A stretch of 64,000 bases of DNA from Octopus sinensis (taxonomy: Eukaryota), in contig NC_043000.1 of the NCBI RefSeq assembly GCF_006345805.1, forward strand, positions 60,884,001 through 60,948,000. The letters are read 5' to 3'. A program made the position numbers and the translations under genes. Shown here piece by piece: positions 50,564 to 64,000 of the stretch. Position 1 is the stretch's first letter. Every line of letters begins with the position of its first letter. The notes beneath the pieces were generated by a model. The model searched no databases. It was given only the letters and a program-made list of their open reading frames with translations, and was not told the origin of the DNA.

Positions 50564-52611
50564 CATACATACATACATACATACATACATACAATAAATT
50601 AATTAATGCACACCAAACATCAAAATCTGTAGGGGGAATTTATATGATGGAGGTGACAAGAAAATGCTACACAAAACCTGAAGAGTTATTAAGATGTGAT
50701 GATGGTGGTGGAAGAGGCTGTAGTTGTGAGTAGTTTTGTGGTTGGTGGTGGTTGTGCGGGAAGTGGTTAATATCAAAAGCATTTGTTTTCTTTATTTCTT
50801 TAAATTTTTATTTGTGTATGTGTATGTACCTATAAATGTGTGTGCATGTGTCTATAGTTTCTGATGTTTCGTGTTGGTGATACATGGTAGTTGATGATTG
50901 CTGAAGGATAACACACAAAAGCAAATGTCTGCACAGTGCTAGGTATTGATGCTTACTACTCGCGCAACAGGTTAATAACTGATAGAAGCTAGCAAAATGC
51001 AGTGTGGTTCTAGATCAGGTGTTTTATGTGCATGTATCTGAGTATGCATGCACTAAGAAATATGTGTATAAATGTGCATGTTACAAATATTATGCATCTG
51101 CACATACATACATGTATGTAGTGTGAATGCATGTAGATGCGTATGTGTGATAGTGTGAGAATATGTCTGTGCTTTTGTATGTGCCAGTAATATTTGTATA
51201 TATAACATGACAGTTGTGAATAAATACACACATACACACACACACACACACTCACACACATATACATATATATGCCTGTCTGTATGTATGAATTTGTGTA
51301 TATATATTTGGTTGTATATATGTGAGAGATTGTAAAACAAGTTGTGTGAAACTTGTTTGTTTGTGTGTGTGTGTGTGTGTGAAACTATGTAAATTAGTAT
51401 TTGTGTACACTTCCACTTATATGTGTATGCTTGTATGTGTATGTATGTGTGTGTCTGTTAGAATACATGTATGCTGTACAGAGATTTCCTTTATTATTTT
51501 TATTTTCTGTTAAAATAGTAGTGAAAAGTAGTTTGGAAAATAAAAACAGAAAAACAAAAGATAAGATTTGAATTCAAAATGGTTTCAGTAATATCATGTA
51601 ATCTCTAATTTTGACAGTTTTTGTCACTTTTCAGGAAAAAAAATATATATATAAAAGCTCTTAAAATATAAAGAATCATCAAAAAGCAACTAATTACTCT
51701 GAAGGAAAAAAACATTAAAATAAAATTTTGGGAAAAAAAAACAAAAAAAAACAAAGTTATTAAATCAAAAATATAAACAAGTAAAAATAAAGAAGGAACT
51801 TTCAAACCTAAAAAAAAATTATATGACTGCTCTTTCTTCTCCAGTATTTCTGGAGAATCGGTTAAAGTGGTAGGTGGTAGCAGTGGGAGGGAATAAATGA
51901 ATGAATGAAGTAATTCTGCTGTCTTGAAAATGGGGGAGAAAAAGAATTCAATCTTGTCTAGTGGCATTTTAATAAAGGATCTCTTCCCCATACTACTTTC
52001 TCTTTGAAATCTTTGATGTAGAGAAAGAAGGCAATCCATACAACTAAAAGAGTTGAAACTCAAATGAGAAAATGGTAAAAAAAAAAAAAAGAAGCAAAAA
52101 ATGATTGAAATATATAATTAATTTTTTTGTGTCTGATAATTTTTAAAAAACTACTCATCACTTTGACTATTAAATTATTTTCCAAAATCACATATTAATA
52201 CTACACTAGCATACTTTTTGACATACATTCACATATATACACATACACACACACTTATATAGACATACTAAAAATGACATGGACAAGTACCAGTCACTTA
52301 GAGTAGTAATTTTTAATGAGCAAAGACTTGGTCTGTTAACCTGTTCAACTCATGCCGCATAGAAACCACACGTAAAATGATGATGATGATACATGCATAT
52401 ACACACACTTACACTCATATATATATACATAATGATAGCTATCTACTTGTGACTGAGGAAGACCATCACTGGCCAATAAAAGCATTGTGCATTCAGACAG
52501 AATTTTACTTTACACTTGTGGCTTTGCTGGCAACTAATGGGCTCAACTCTTGATAATCATACACATTCACAGATGCTGCAGACAAAATTTCCCCCATTCA
52601 CTACACTGAGC

Positions 52612-52665
<54 letters not shown>

Positions 52666-53507
52666 AACAAACAAACCAAAGGCACAATAAGAATTCTGTG
52701 GAGCATGGCAACAAAAACAACCCAGTGTAATCACAATATATCAGAAATTGTGCTATGGGACATGAAGCAAACGTTGAAGTTGTGCACCATTGTAGAGGTC
52801 AGATGCCCAGCAAATATAGGAAATGGAGAACATCTTTACAGAACTGATAAGAAACCCACAGTTCTTATATCCAGGCTATAGATTTTCATTTGTTCCTATC
52901 ATCATAGGTGCACTGAGCTACACAACAAAGTTTTGTATAGAAACCTAAAAATGCTTGAGTCCCCTAAATAAGAACAGAACAGACTGATTCACATTCTCCA
53001 GGTACAATCTGTTAGAGATACATCAAAAATTTGTAAAGCAGTTAGGGGGTTCTCCATTTGAGGCTCCTGGGTGAACATATGCATGCTATCACATATACAT
53101 ATGGAATACATATAAACACAGACACAATCAATAATGAAGCATACACACTAGTGTTCTGTTGTGATATGCATATTCATGAGTGCAAGTTTATCTTAATGCA
53201 TACACCTACACATGTACATATACATGCATATATATCAACCAATTTGCATAATCATTAACACCAACAGCTGTTCTGACTTAAACAAGAGAGAAATTTAACT
53301 CTTCTGATCATATATACCAGAACATCATGGATACATTTAGGATTCAACTCTATCATTATTTACTTCTTGTATATTCTGGAGTTTTGGCTGCATAGAAAAG
53401 TTAAATTAAATCATAATTTAATTATTATGTGAACTGATAGCTGATTCTTTGTAGAAGTGCTTACTGTGAGTTCTGATTTATTCTCTGAATCCCTTTTTGT
53501 GTGTGTG

Positions 53508-53631
<124 letters not shown>

Positions 53632-53978
53632 TATATGCACACATGTACAAATACACACATACCACACACACGCATGCATGCATGTGTACTCACACGTTAC
53701 CTGAACCTGGGTCTTACTGGTTTGCATGAAATGTTTGTTACCGTTTTGTTAGATGCCAAAGAGGGATTCATTTGCAGAAATTATAATGTCAAACATGCCA
53801 CTGAGTCAAAGGATTCCTCACATCCTCTGTGGTGATATTCGGATGGCTTTTTCATGATTTGAAGTGAAAATTATACGTCATGTTTCTAAATGAATTTTTC
53901 TACATAAAGTTTATATGCCATGACAATTGAAAGGAAATATACATTAGTGTCAACATGTATCTGTATATGTCTATATAG

Positions 53979-54027
<49 letters not shown>

Positions 54028-56062
54028 CACACACACACACATCAACACACATGTGTGCATGCACTCATATGTTAGTTGGACCTGGCTCTTACTGGTTTGC
54101 TAGAAATGGGTGTTAATATTTTGTTAGACGCCAAAGAGAGAATCCCTGTCTATTTTGTGGACCAATAAGAAGATCATTAATTGAATTTCTGAAACACTCT
54201 CAAGATACTTACATGCTTATAAATGCATTGGGAATGAATTTGACTAACCATTAACCAAATTAATAATCATAATTTACCTTAAGGTATGGATGAATTAAAT
54301 TTAACGCTAACCTTCCCATTCTTATAAACACTAAGTAGCTATTTAATTCACTGTCTGAACGTATATACACCAAACCATGTGTGTGCATATGCTTATATCT
54401 TTGTGGATATTTGTACAAGTCATGTACATGTGCCATACAACCTAAGCGAGGACATTTATATATCCATATCCGTTAATGGTAATATTTAATACATTTTTTT
54501 TTGCTGTATTGTGTATTCATTTCTTTTTGAATCTGTTATTTACTATTGATCTTCTGTAAAGATGAAGCTGTATTCCTTAATTTGCTGCTTTTCTATACAG
54601 AAACTGAGAAGATATCTTGTGGAACAGTCATTATTTTAATGAGATGCATATTGTAATCACCTGAAGAGACACATCTACACCAATGGATACTCCTAAACCA
54701 ATTGTAGGGAACAATAAATATGCACGTATCTTCTGTCTTCTGTGTCTCTCATTAATCAAATACATACACACATACACATATATCTGGATGGATGCATGTA
54801 ATGTGTATGTAATTTTATGTTGGTGTAATTGTGCATCTGCATATATGCTCCCAGTTGCTCTTCTGATGTTTTGCAGCTGTGCCAATACAGTTGCCCTTTT
54901 TTCCTTCCCCTCTCACACAATACTTTAAACTCACCTTAATTGTGTCACTTTTCTAGTTGTTAGAGGGATGTATTCGACTATCTTCCTGTCCAGCATCTGG
55001 CCCTTCTTTGTTAGCTTGCTACCCTTACTTTTCATCTTCTCATATCACCCTTCTTTCCTTACAATCCCACACCTCTCCAAACCATCCCTCAATTTCAGTT
55101 TTACTGACCCTCAGACAAAGGGCCAAAGCAAGGAAACATATTCTACAATCCTCCACATATCTTGCCAAACTTTATTTTGATTAGTTTTTCTGAACTCAAA
55201 CCATCACCACTCTCCTTGGATTCTAGATTTTACCCTACCTTTTTTTCAGGTTACACAAAGTAAGTAATATTTTAATGAAGCAATATTTTATGGCTTAATT
55301 TCTAATTTTCTTTTTTTTTTATATATATATAAAACTTGTGCTAAAAATGTTGGTCACTTAGTGAATGAGTTGATAGAAGTTTGGCAGCAGAGCAAATTGA
55401 TTGTTAAAATGTTGGCAGCTTACCACTGTACATATGATGAAGGACTAAGACCAGTGATGAGATGTTGCGGGACATGTTTAACCAATGCCAGCATGGAAAA
55501 GCAGATATAAAATGATGGTAATCATGGTGATGATGATAATAATAATAATGACACATGCTCACACATATGTTTGGTTGTACAAACAAGACAAAGAGCATTC
55601 ACAAAGACACTACGCATAGCATATGATCCTCGTGCTCATTCTTGTTTTAGCAAACTGGTATCTATTTGAAAAGGAATGGTTTTGGCTCTATTATTTGCAA
55701 AGACAACATGTCAGTCAGACAATTAAAAGAATGAGATTTTAACTTAGCCACTTTTTATTCAGCTCTAGTACAATCATTGGCATGAGCATAGTTAAATATC
55801 TCTGAATAATAAGGTTAAGGTTTCATATCACACCATGACAACTGACCAGGTATCTTCTATCCTAGTTTGTGTGGGTGTGTGTGTGTGTGCGTGTGTGTCT
55901 CTGTACATGTGTAAAATTTGCTCAACTTTGACAACATTGTCCTATGTGTCCTTCCATTTTTTTTTTAAACTGGCAGAATATAAATATCATTTGAAAGGAT
56001 TTGGCTGTTATTTCTAGTAGGTTGAGAAACTTTGTAGAGATTTTCTTGCCGACTCTACTGAT

Positions 56063-56310
<248 letters not shown>

Positions 56311-57084
56311 ACATTGTTATATTTGTATGCATGTAACATTTATGGTGGGAAATTACATTTGTATTCATGGTGGGAATTTCCCTTAGTGAAGGAAAATGTC
56401 TCTAACTGTTGATGCCTGTGCTAGATATTTTATTGGTTCTGTGTGTGTGTGTGGGGGGGGGGGGGTAGGCAAACTCTAATCGCAACAGGATATTAACTCA
56501 GTAAAAAAGTGCCAGGATGATATTAGATATTATAAGATATTTAATTTGGCCCTCAACTGTTTTTATAAACTTACTGCTCTTAGAAATGTGGAATATCTTT
56601 CATAAAATTCTTTAGTTTGTTATAGTTTTTTTTTTTTGTTGTTGTTTTTGCTTAGTTGGCATTTAAAAGAAAACAGCGGCAAAAACTGTGTTTTTTTCTT
56701 AATTCCTCTCCAGTTGGTCTTTCAGATTCCATTAGCAAATCATTCTAGAAAGTGATCATAAAATACAAACCATTTATCTTGACTTTGAAACATTCTGCTA
56801 TCGCTTAAAGAAATGACAAAGTAATTCTCCTTATACTTCTTTTTCTTTGAGACTATGTAAGTAGTTGGCATTTTAAAATGTCATTCATTCCATTGCAGGT
56901 GAAAGCCAATGGATAATAATATAAAAATTATATTCATTTTAAATAAGCTTTTAATAAACTTATTCATTTTGAGAAGATTGTCTACTTGTATGTATGCGTG
57001 TGTGTGTGTGTATAATTATTTAATTTTATTTCATGATTTTTTGCCAATAGAGAAAGAGCCAGTTTCTAACCTAGATCCTTAGGA

Positions 57085-57245
57085 ATGAAAACCCAGGTTC
57101 GAAATTTCCCCAAGATACCCGAAGAAGGCTGGAGAGTATATCAGCTGAAACCTTGTGTTAACAACAAACAAGATGAGGACAAATATCCGTCGAATGTAAA
57201 TAAATAATGTACGTAATTCCGCATCTCTTAAATATAGAACTGAAA
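57085..57245 (+). mobile_element. Penelope-like terminal repeat fragment with degenerate minimal hammerhead (57119-57157)
   Basis: CCGAAGA-A-GGCTG-GAGAGTATAT-CAGCT-GAAA-CC-TT-GTG. The same family occurs on the minus strand at 33700-33835 (CTGATGA intact, GAAAC mutated to GATAT), with a plus-strand fragment at 34010-34068. Confidence 0.6.
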
Positions 57246-57378
57246 TGTATAAGTTGTTAAGAGAATAAGATTGGCCCTGTGCAAAGCCTTTTCTCGCTTT
57301 AAAAAGCTTCAGGCACAGACATCAATTGGTTTTTAATATTTCTATTATGCATTCAGGTGACAAGCTGGTAGAATTGTT

Positions 57379-57773
57379 AGGCGTAGGAGTGGCTGTGTGG
57401 TAAGTAGCTTGCTTACCAACCACATGGTTCCGGGTTCAGTCCCACTGCATGGCACCTTGGGTAAGTGTCTTCTACCAAAGCCTTGTGAGTGGATTTGTTA
57501 GAGGGAAATTGAAAGAAGCCCGTCGTATATATGTATATATATATATATGTGTATGTGCGTGTTTGTGTGTCTGTGTTTGTCCCCCCAACATCGCTTGACA
57601 ACCGATGCTGGTGTGTTTATGTCCTTGTAACTTAGCGGTTCGGCAAAAAGAGACCGATAAAATAAGTACTAGGCTTACAAAGAATAAGTCCTGGGGTCGA
57701 TTTGATCGACTAAAGGCGGTGCTCCAGCATGGCCACAGTCACATGACTGAAACAAGTAAAAGAGTAAAAGAGT
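57379..57773 (+). mobile_element. tRNA-derived SINE family A, full-length young copy
   Basis: A-box-like TGGCTGTGTGG and B-box-like GGTTCAGTCCC, internal (TA)/(TG) tract, tail GAAACAAGTAAAAGAGTAAAAGAG. CpGs are retained. Confidence 0.85.
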
Positions 57774-58995
57774 ATGCTGAAGAAAATGCTTCGCAGCATT
57801 TTGTTTGTCTTTATGTTCTGAGTTCAGATTCTGGGGGTTGATGAAATAAATACTGGCTGAGCACTGGAGTCAATGTATCCACTTACCAACTCCCCTAAAA
57901 TTGCTGGCATAGTGCCTAAACTAGAAACCAATATTCCTATTATGTATTGCATACAATAACTGACCATAAATAAAAAGGGAATAACACTCAATGAAAAGTT
58001 TCATGATGAAATGAAGGCATGTGACAGGTGGGTGGTATCTCTCTAAACACCTGTAAAAGAGTGTAGGTAGGTCCTAGCAGCCACATCTGAGCTGCTTTAA
58101 GAGAACAATCAATGCATGCATGTATGTGTGTTTATGTATGTAGGTATGTATGTATGTGCATATGTACGTGTGTATGTTAGCATGCATGCAGGTTATGTAG
58201 ACTTGTGATCAGAGGCATTGCAGCCATGATTATCGTATCTATTAAGGGGAGTCTAAGGTAACATTATCCATTTCATCTTTTCCAATTTTAAAAGACATTC
58301 GTGTATGATTTGAGAGCAATTTGTCCTGTTTTTGTTGTTGTAGAAACAAACAGATAGTTAGTTGTAAGTAATTAGCAGCTTACACAGAAAAGAAATTTTA
58401 AAAAGAATACAAATTAATTTCTAAAAAAACATTCATAATGGTGGGAAAAATTTTTAGTGTACATCATGTAGTCTATTAAAATCTTTTTGATTTATGTGTG
58501 TGTGTGTGTATTCGTGTATATATGACATATATGCGTATTTTATTATTGGTTTGAAACCTTCAATTTTGTTGATAGAGTTAACCTTATCAAATTGCTCTAA
58601 CTATCCCTCTTTTCTTGTATTTGTCTTTTGATAATCCAATGACAGAGCATTTCTCATGTAATTATTTACAATATTACTCCAACATTTCATAGTTAAAAGA
58701 AACTGATGTCAATTTGCCATGCTTATGTCACCCAATAGTTTGATAAAAGAATGTAAAAGTGCTCACCTTTTGATCTTCATTCTAAATGAATGTTAACCTC
58801 ATATCAGAAAAGAAAATTTTTCAATATTCATTTTTATAAGTTATGTTACATATCATTAATGAGAGTAAAGCCTGTTGTTTAGCTACACATATAGTCCACA
58901 AAAATTTTGCTTCCTTGTGAATATTAATATAGAAAGATAAGCCTATCTGATACTGTCACTGGTTTAACTGTAAAATACAAATCTATCTATTTTAA

Positions 58996-59215
58996 CCCTT
59001 TTGATACCAACCCGGCCAAAACCGCATCTGGCTCTGTAGTAAAAATGTCTTGAATTAATGTATTGAATTAAAATCTTCCACTAAACCTTAGTCACAATTT
59101 ATGTTCCCAACACTAGCTTAATGATAACTAAGTTATTTTATTAAAGTCTTTGTTATATTTAAAATTAATTGAATGAAACACAGAGCATCTCAAAATAAAT
59201 ACGGTAACGAAAGGG
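58996..59215. mobile_element. piggyBac-type MITE, second family
   Basis: TTAA|CCCTTTTGATACC ... GGTAACGAAAGGG|TTTAA. A decayed relative lies at about 16600-16835, ending GAAGGGGTTAA. Confidence 0.7.
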
Positions 59216-59884
59216 TTTAAGTGTAGTGCTTTGGGTATTTGGCTGACAATCATTATGTTATAAGTTCAATTCCTAGCGGTGTGTTGTGTTCTTGTGCAAA
59301 ACACTTTATTTCACATTACTCCAGGCCATTCAGCTGAAAAAATGAGTTGTACCAGTAATTTAAAGGCCAGCCTATTCACATTCTGTGTCATGCTGAATCC
59401 CCCTGAGTATTATGTTAAGGGTGTGTCTGTCTGTGGAATGTTCAGCTACTTGCATGTTAATTTCATGAGTAGGCTATTCTGTTGATTAGATCAAACTAGA
59501 ACTCTCATCGTTGTAACTGACAGAGTGACAGTTTCTTTTTTTTAATTAAGCTAAATTCTTCCATCATAATTTAACATACGAACATCTTTATAAAGTTATG
59601 TCCCAAACACCAGATTTTAGCCATCCATCTTCTCAGCCCATTATTCCTGGAAAGATCATGGAGTAAAGGTAACAGTACCTTCTCAAGTCATACTGACTCA
59701 TAAGAGCTGGTTTCCTGGTTTCATGGCATATATATTCCACACCTGGACAGGATGCCAGGATTACTCATTTTTGCCAGGTGAGTGGACTAGAGCAACATGT
59801 TTTGCTTAAGAACACAACCTGTTGTCCATTCCAAGAATTGAAACCACAATCTAGCATTCATGTGTTCAACAGCCTAACCACTAA

Positions 59885-60110
59885 ACCATGTGCCTCCACC
59901 ATGGGAGCAGAGTCCTTGGGCACAATAGGGCTCTGTCAGGAGCAACTTTCATCACAGTTTCTGGCTGTATTCCTAAACATGACCAACTGAAACTATAGGT
60001 ATTATAGAACCATCTCATTCTTGGTCTATCCCTAGGTCTCCTGCCAATTGGCTTGGTTTGAAGAATCTGTCTTACGACTCTTTCTTGCAACATTCTAATC
60101 ACATGTCTGT
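59885..60110 (-). pseudogene. RTE-type LINE ORF 3' end remnant
   Basis: ORF 59881-60102: IRMLQERVVRQILQTKPIGRRPRDRPRMRW...SWSCLGIQPETVMKVAPDR. Confidence 0.75.
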
Positions 60111-63070
60111 AGCAAACATTTTAGTGAAGCTTCCAGTTTAGGGATACCTTTTCCCCCCTCTCTCTGCTGTAAAGGGTGGTAGATACTGTATTTTATTAGA
60201 CATATAGTCAGAAATCAGTTCAGTTATTTTCTGCTACTGTTCGTTCACTTCAACCTCTCTAAAGACTGTACTAAATATTTTCTGATTAATAAAGTTATAA
60301 GATATTGTGTAAGTTGTAGAAAGAATCATTATTTTACAGATATGAACATTTACACTTGAGAATTCATATGAAAATAGATTTTGAATCCATGTGGAAACTC
60401 AATTATGATTTGTACAACAATGTATGTTAAGAAGATGCTTAGTTTATTCTGCCAAGATATATTTCTATTGATACTATATTATACTTAAAATTTTTTGCTG
60501 AACTTGTATATATTGCTGCTATTTTACTTAAACACCAGAAGGATGAAAACCAAAATTTAGCCAATGGGAGTTTCTCTAGGGAGACTGTTAGAAATAGCAG
60601 CTAGATTCCCTCAAATTACATTGTATCATTAATAAAAAAAGAAAGAACTCACTGAACAATGTCAATGTAGGTATACAAAAATACAAAAAAAATAAAGAGG
60701 ATGGTCATGGCTGGAATGCCTTTGACTCATAGATCTGTTTCATCAGTACTGATTTGGGGCTAAAAATGACAAAGTTGACTCTCTTAGAATATGAACTTAG
60801 AGACAATAGTTGTAAAAGTAAACATTGTAATTTATTTAGTTTTGTATTTTATTGTCCCAGATAAATCTCTCCAGCAACACAGCAAATTGGTAGGGTCATC
60901 AAGTGTCAGGACAGAAAGCCTTTCAGTATTTGTGTTTGCTTTTTGCACTTCAAGTTCAAATCTTGCCAATGTCAGCTTTACCTCTCATCTTTCCTGGGTC
61001 AATAGAATAAAGTACCAATTTAGGGTGGTATTTTTTTTAATCTTTTAATGAAGCAGGAAAGGTGATGCCTATCAAACTTTATAGATGCTGGTGAGAGGAA
61101 GGTATCCTCAAACTAGAAATTTGGTTCAAATTCTTGCTACAGAGAAGACTCTGCTAAAGGCACCTAAGGTGCCAGCTGGTCAGGTCAAACCAGGTGCTGG
61201 GTTCAGTCTACCACCAAAATATGTCATGGTAGGATTTCCACTCAAAACTCAAAGAACTAGAACAAATACTACAAGATATCTGGTACCAACAATCTTACAA
61301 TTTCCTCAATCCTCAGTTTTGGATTGGTATTGTTTTATTTTAACCCCCAAAAGGATAAAAAGTAAAGTTGACTTTGGTGGATTTGAACTCAGAACACAGA
61401 GTTGGAACAAATATTGCAAAGCATTCTGTTTGTTACTCATATAATGACTGTCAATTCACTGCCAAGATTGGCAGGAATGTATTCAATCTGAATTCCTGTC
61501 TGAAGATGAATTCTTCCACCAGTTTCAAAAGCCCTGAAAGGGATTTTGAGTGTTTCTCTTATTTATTTGACTAAATCATTAAAATATAAGGACAGAAAAG
61601 TCACCTATCTAAATGTTTTCTGTTGATGTAATTATTCAAACATATGAAATCATATGTGGTTAGTGGTCAGTGTTAAGGACATGTAAAAGGCACCTATGTC
61701 GTTGAGACATCAAAGGCACCCACTATAGTCTTGGAGTGTTTGGAGTTAGGAGGGGCATCCACCCATTGAAACCAAGCCAAACCAGACGAGTCTGGTACAG
61801 CTCTCTGCCTTACCAGTTCCAGTCAAACTGTGTAACTCAAGTCAGCATGGAAAAATGGATGTTAAATGATGATGATGATGATGATTCAAAAGTGGACCAC
61901 ATCCAGCACATCAAATCCAGTAGATTATTTATAACAGATTGGTAGCTATTTCATTAGATTTCTCAATGTTAACCATATCATTTTAGGATTTCAAACTCAT
62001 GAATTCCTGATCCTGACACATAATATAGAAAGGAACACAAGGAAAGGTTCAATGTATCTCTTTCCTTATTAAATCTTTATTTTTCAAGAATAAAACCTAT
62101 CATATCTGACTTAATCAATATATAATGGTTATTAGTAGCAAGTACTGTTTTGAGCCCTAGTGCCGATTACCTGGTTTCCATGGCATATAAGTGATTGAGA
62201 CCACAACTTTTCCTCTTAATATGACATCAGTCCATTGCAGGGTTTCCCATTTACAGCTGAGTGAACTGGAGTAACATCAGATGAAGTGTTTTGCTCAAGA
62301 GTACAATGCATCACCCAGTATGGGAATCGATAGCATAATCTTGCAATCGTGAGTACAACACCTTAAATAATGGTTGTTAACTGTTTCTAATTGGGAACAT
62401 AAAGCCAACAATTGTGAGGGGAGGAAGTTAGCCAGTTATATTAGCCCCAGTATAGCCCCAGTACCTGACTGGTACACTGGTACTGTATTTTATCAATCCC
62501 AGAAAGATGATAAGTGAAGTGAGCTTAGCAGTGATTGATTTCACGATTTAAAAGAGCTGGGATAAATACTTCAAAGAATTTTGTCCAATGCTCCAATAGT
62601 GCTGTCCTGCCAATTCACCACCCTCTTAATACTCTCTTTTACTCTTTTACTTGTTTCAGTCATTTGACTGCGGCCATGCTGGAGCACCGCCTTTAATGGT
62701 TAATAATTGTAACATTTTCTATTTTCAATCAGATGTGTGCATTCAACTCACTGCTATACTATTTCTTTTCTGAGCCACTAAGGAAACCTCCATGTGATGA
62801 CTCTGCTGCTATGAAATAGCAGTCAAATTTCTTCTGAATCCCACCTTTATACTTGTAAAATAGGTGAGATGAACAAGGTTAGAATACCTATGACCATAGG
62901 TATATAATCAACAGCAGCTATTTCTTTCTAATTCCTATTTTCTGCAAGATATATAAAGAATTTACTTTTAGGTAAACAAACATGTTTATTTTATATAAAA
63001 AAAAACTATCCACCCACCCCAAATGTTCAAGTATTTTGTAGCCACATTTAAAATCTATTTTGTATGTTTA

Positions 63071-64000
63071 CGAGGGGCGTTCAATAAGTAATACCCATGA
63101 CCCACTTCCCATAGGAGTAGAGCAACGAAACTTGGCACAGTTATTAGTCTTTAACTTACATAGGAACCACCCAGATTACGTATTTCTCCCATCCTTTGAT
63201 GCAGCTCTGGAGACCGTTTATGTAGAAGACCCCAGCTTGGTCCTCCAACCACGATGTGACTTCAGAAATCAAGGCTGCATCATCTGGGAAACGCTTTCCT
63301 TTCAAAAACAACTTCATGGCTGGGAAGAGGTGAAAATCAAAGGGTGCAAGGTCAGGAGAGTAGGGGGAATGGGGGAGGAGTTCATAGCCGCACACCTGTG
63401 CTTCTGATCTGGCGACAAGCGAGTTGTGGACCGGAGCGTTGTCCTGCAGGAGGAGGATGCCTTTGCTGATCTTGCCCCGCCTCTTGATGTTGATAGCTTC
63501 TCTTAATTTCCTCAAAAGTGAAGCATAATAGGCTCCTGTAATTGTGGTACCCTTTGCCCAGAAATCTGTCATCACTACTCCGTCCTGAAGACTGTGAGCA
63601 TGACCTTGCCAGCAGAGGGCTGCACCCTTGCCTTCTTTGGAGGAGGTGAGTCACGGTGCTTCCACTGCATTGACTGGGCTTTGGTCTATGGATCATAGTG
63701 ATGGACCCAGGTTTCATCCTGTGTAGTCAGTCTTTTGAAAAATTTTGATTCATCTTCTTGGCACATCTCCAAATTCATCCTCGAGCACTCAATGCGAACT
63801 TGCTTCTGAAAAGGTGTGAGCAACCTGGGAATCCATCTGGCAGACACCTTTTGCATATGCAAATGGTCATGAATGATAGTTTCCACAGACCCGGTACTAA
63901 TCTTGACCTCATGGGCTATTTGGCGAATAGTTATGCGTTGATCTTCCAAAATGGCAGCCTCATCTTGACAGACAGATGCCTCATCAATGGCAGAAGTGGG
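63071..64000 (-). mobile_element. mariner DD34D transposon (irritans-like), truncated by window end; transposase has one premature stop and one frameshift
   Basis: Terminus TA|CGAGGGGCGTTCAATAAGT at 63069-63089. ORFs 63686-63949 (WIPRLLT, TQDETWVHHYDP then TAG where E is expected) and 63156-63575 (LLLQDNAP-(34)-YSPDLAPFDF) are joined across a small deletion near VF(WD). Confidence 0.93.

Noticed and set aside
55250-55259. 10-nt microexon candidate (TTTTTTCAG|GTTACACAAA|GTAAGT)
   Set aside because: It is not frame-preserving, and the long pyrimidine tract upstream resembles the decayed repeat seen at 4020-4720 and 19820-20170. Chance is likely without RNA data.
57379-57460. tRNA-like A/B boxes here and in other SINE heads as tRNA genes
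   Set aside because: No complete cloverleaf, and they continue into multicopy SINE bodies.
63060-63407. 115-aa plus-strand ORF
   Set aside because: It is the antisense shadow of the mariner transposase.

Overview
Eukaryotic, AT-rich, extremely repeat-dense genomic DNA with one 100-N assembly gap (25563-25662). The microsatellite load and the tRNA-derived SINE families resemble a coleoid cephalopod, probably Octopus (inference from recalled repeat families, not a database hit). No prokaryotic features, rRNA or CRISPR array were found. I see no intact multi-exon protein gene. Almost all ORFs in the track are microsatellite translations or transposon remnants. Recognisable content: (i) a near-full-length DD37D maT element and a full-length DD34D mariner, a second DD34D mariner truncated by the window end, three further transposase fragments and several MITEs (mariner-, piggyBac- and hAT-like); (ii) C-terminal remnants of non-LTR retrotransposons: two CRE-like restriction-like-endonuclease (RLE) domains, one further RLE domain and RTE tails; (iii) dozens of copies of three SINE families; (iv) a CpG-rich island at about 7.1-8.5 kb holding a plausible minus-strand gene start (MSYAESD followed by GTGAGT). 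The most interesting signal is a set of hammerhead-ribozyme (HHR) motifs from several unrelated repeat families. Two are structurally well-supported type I hammerheads with unusually long structured stem II inserts (15993-16071 +, 26052-26154 -). They share a palindromic flanking motif, and one lies downstream of a CCAAT/CRE/TATA cluster. There is also one decayed extended HHR and three minimal Penelope-type HHRs.
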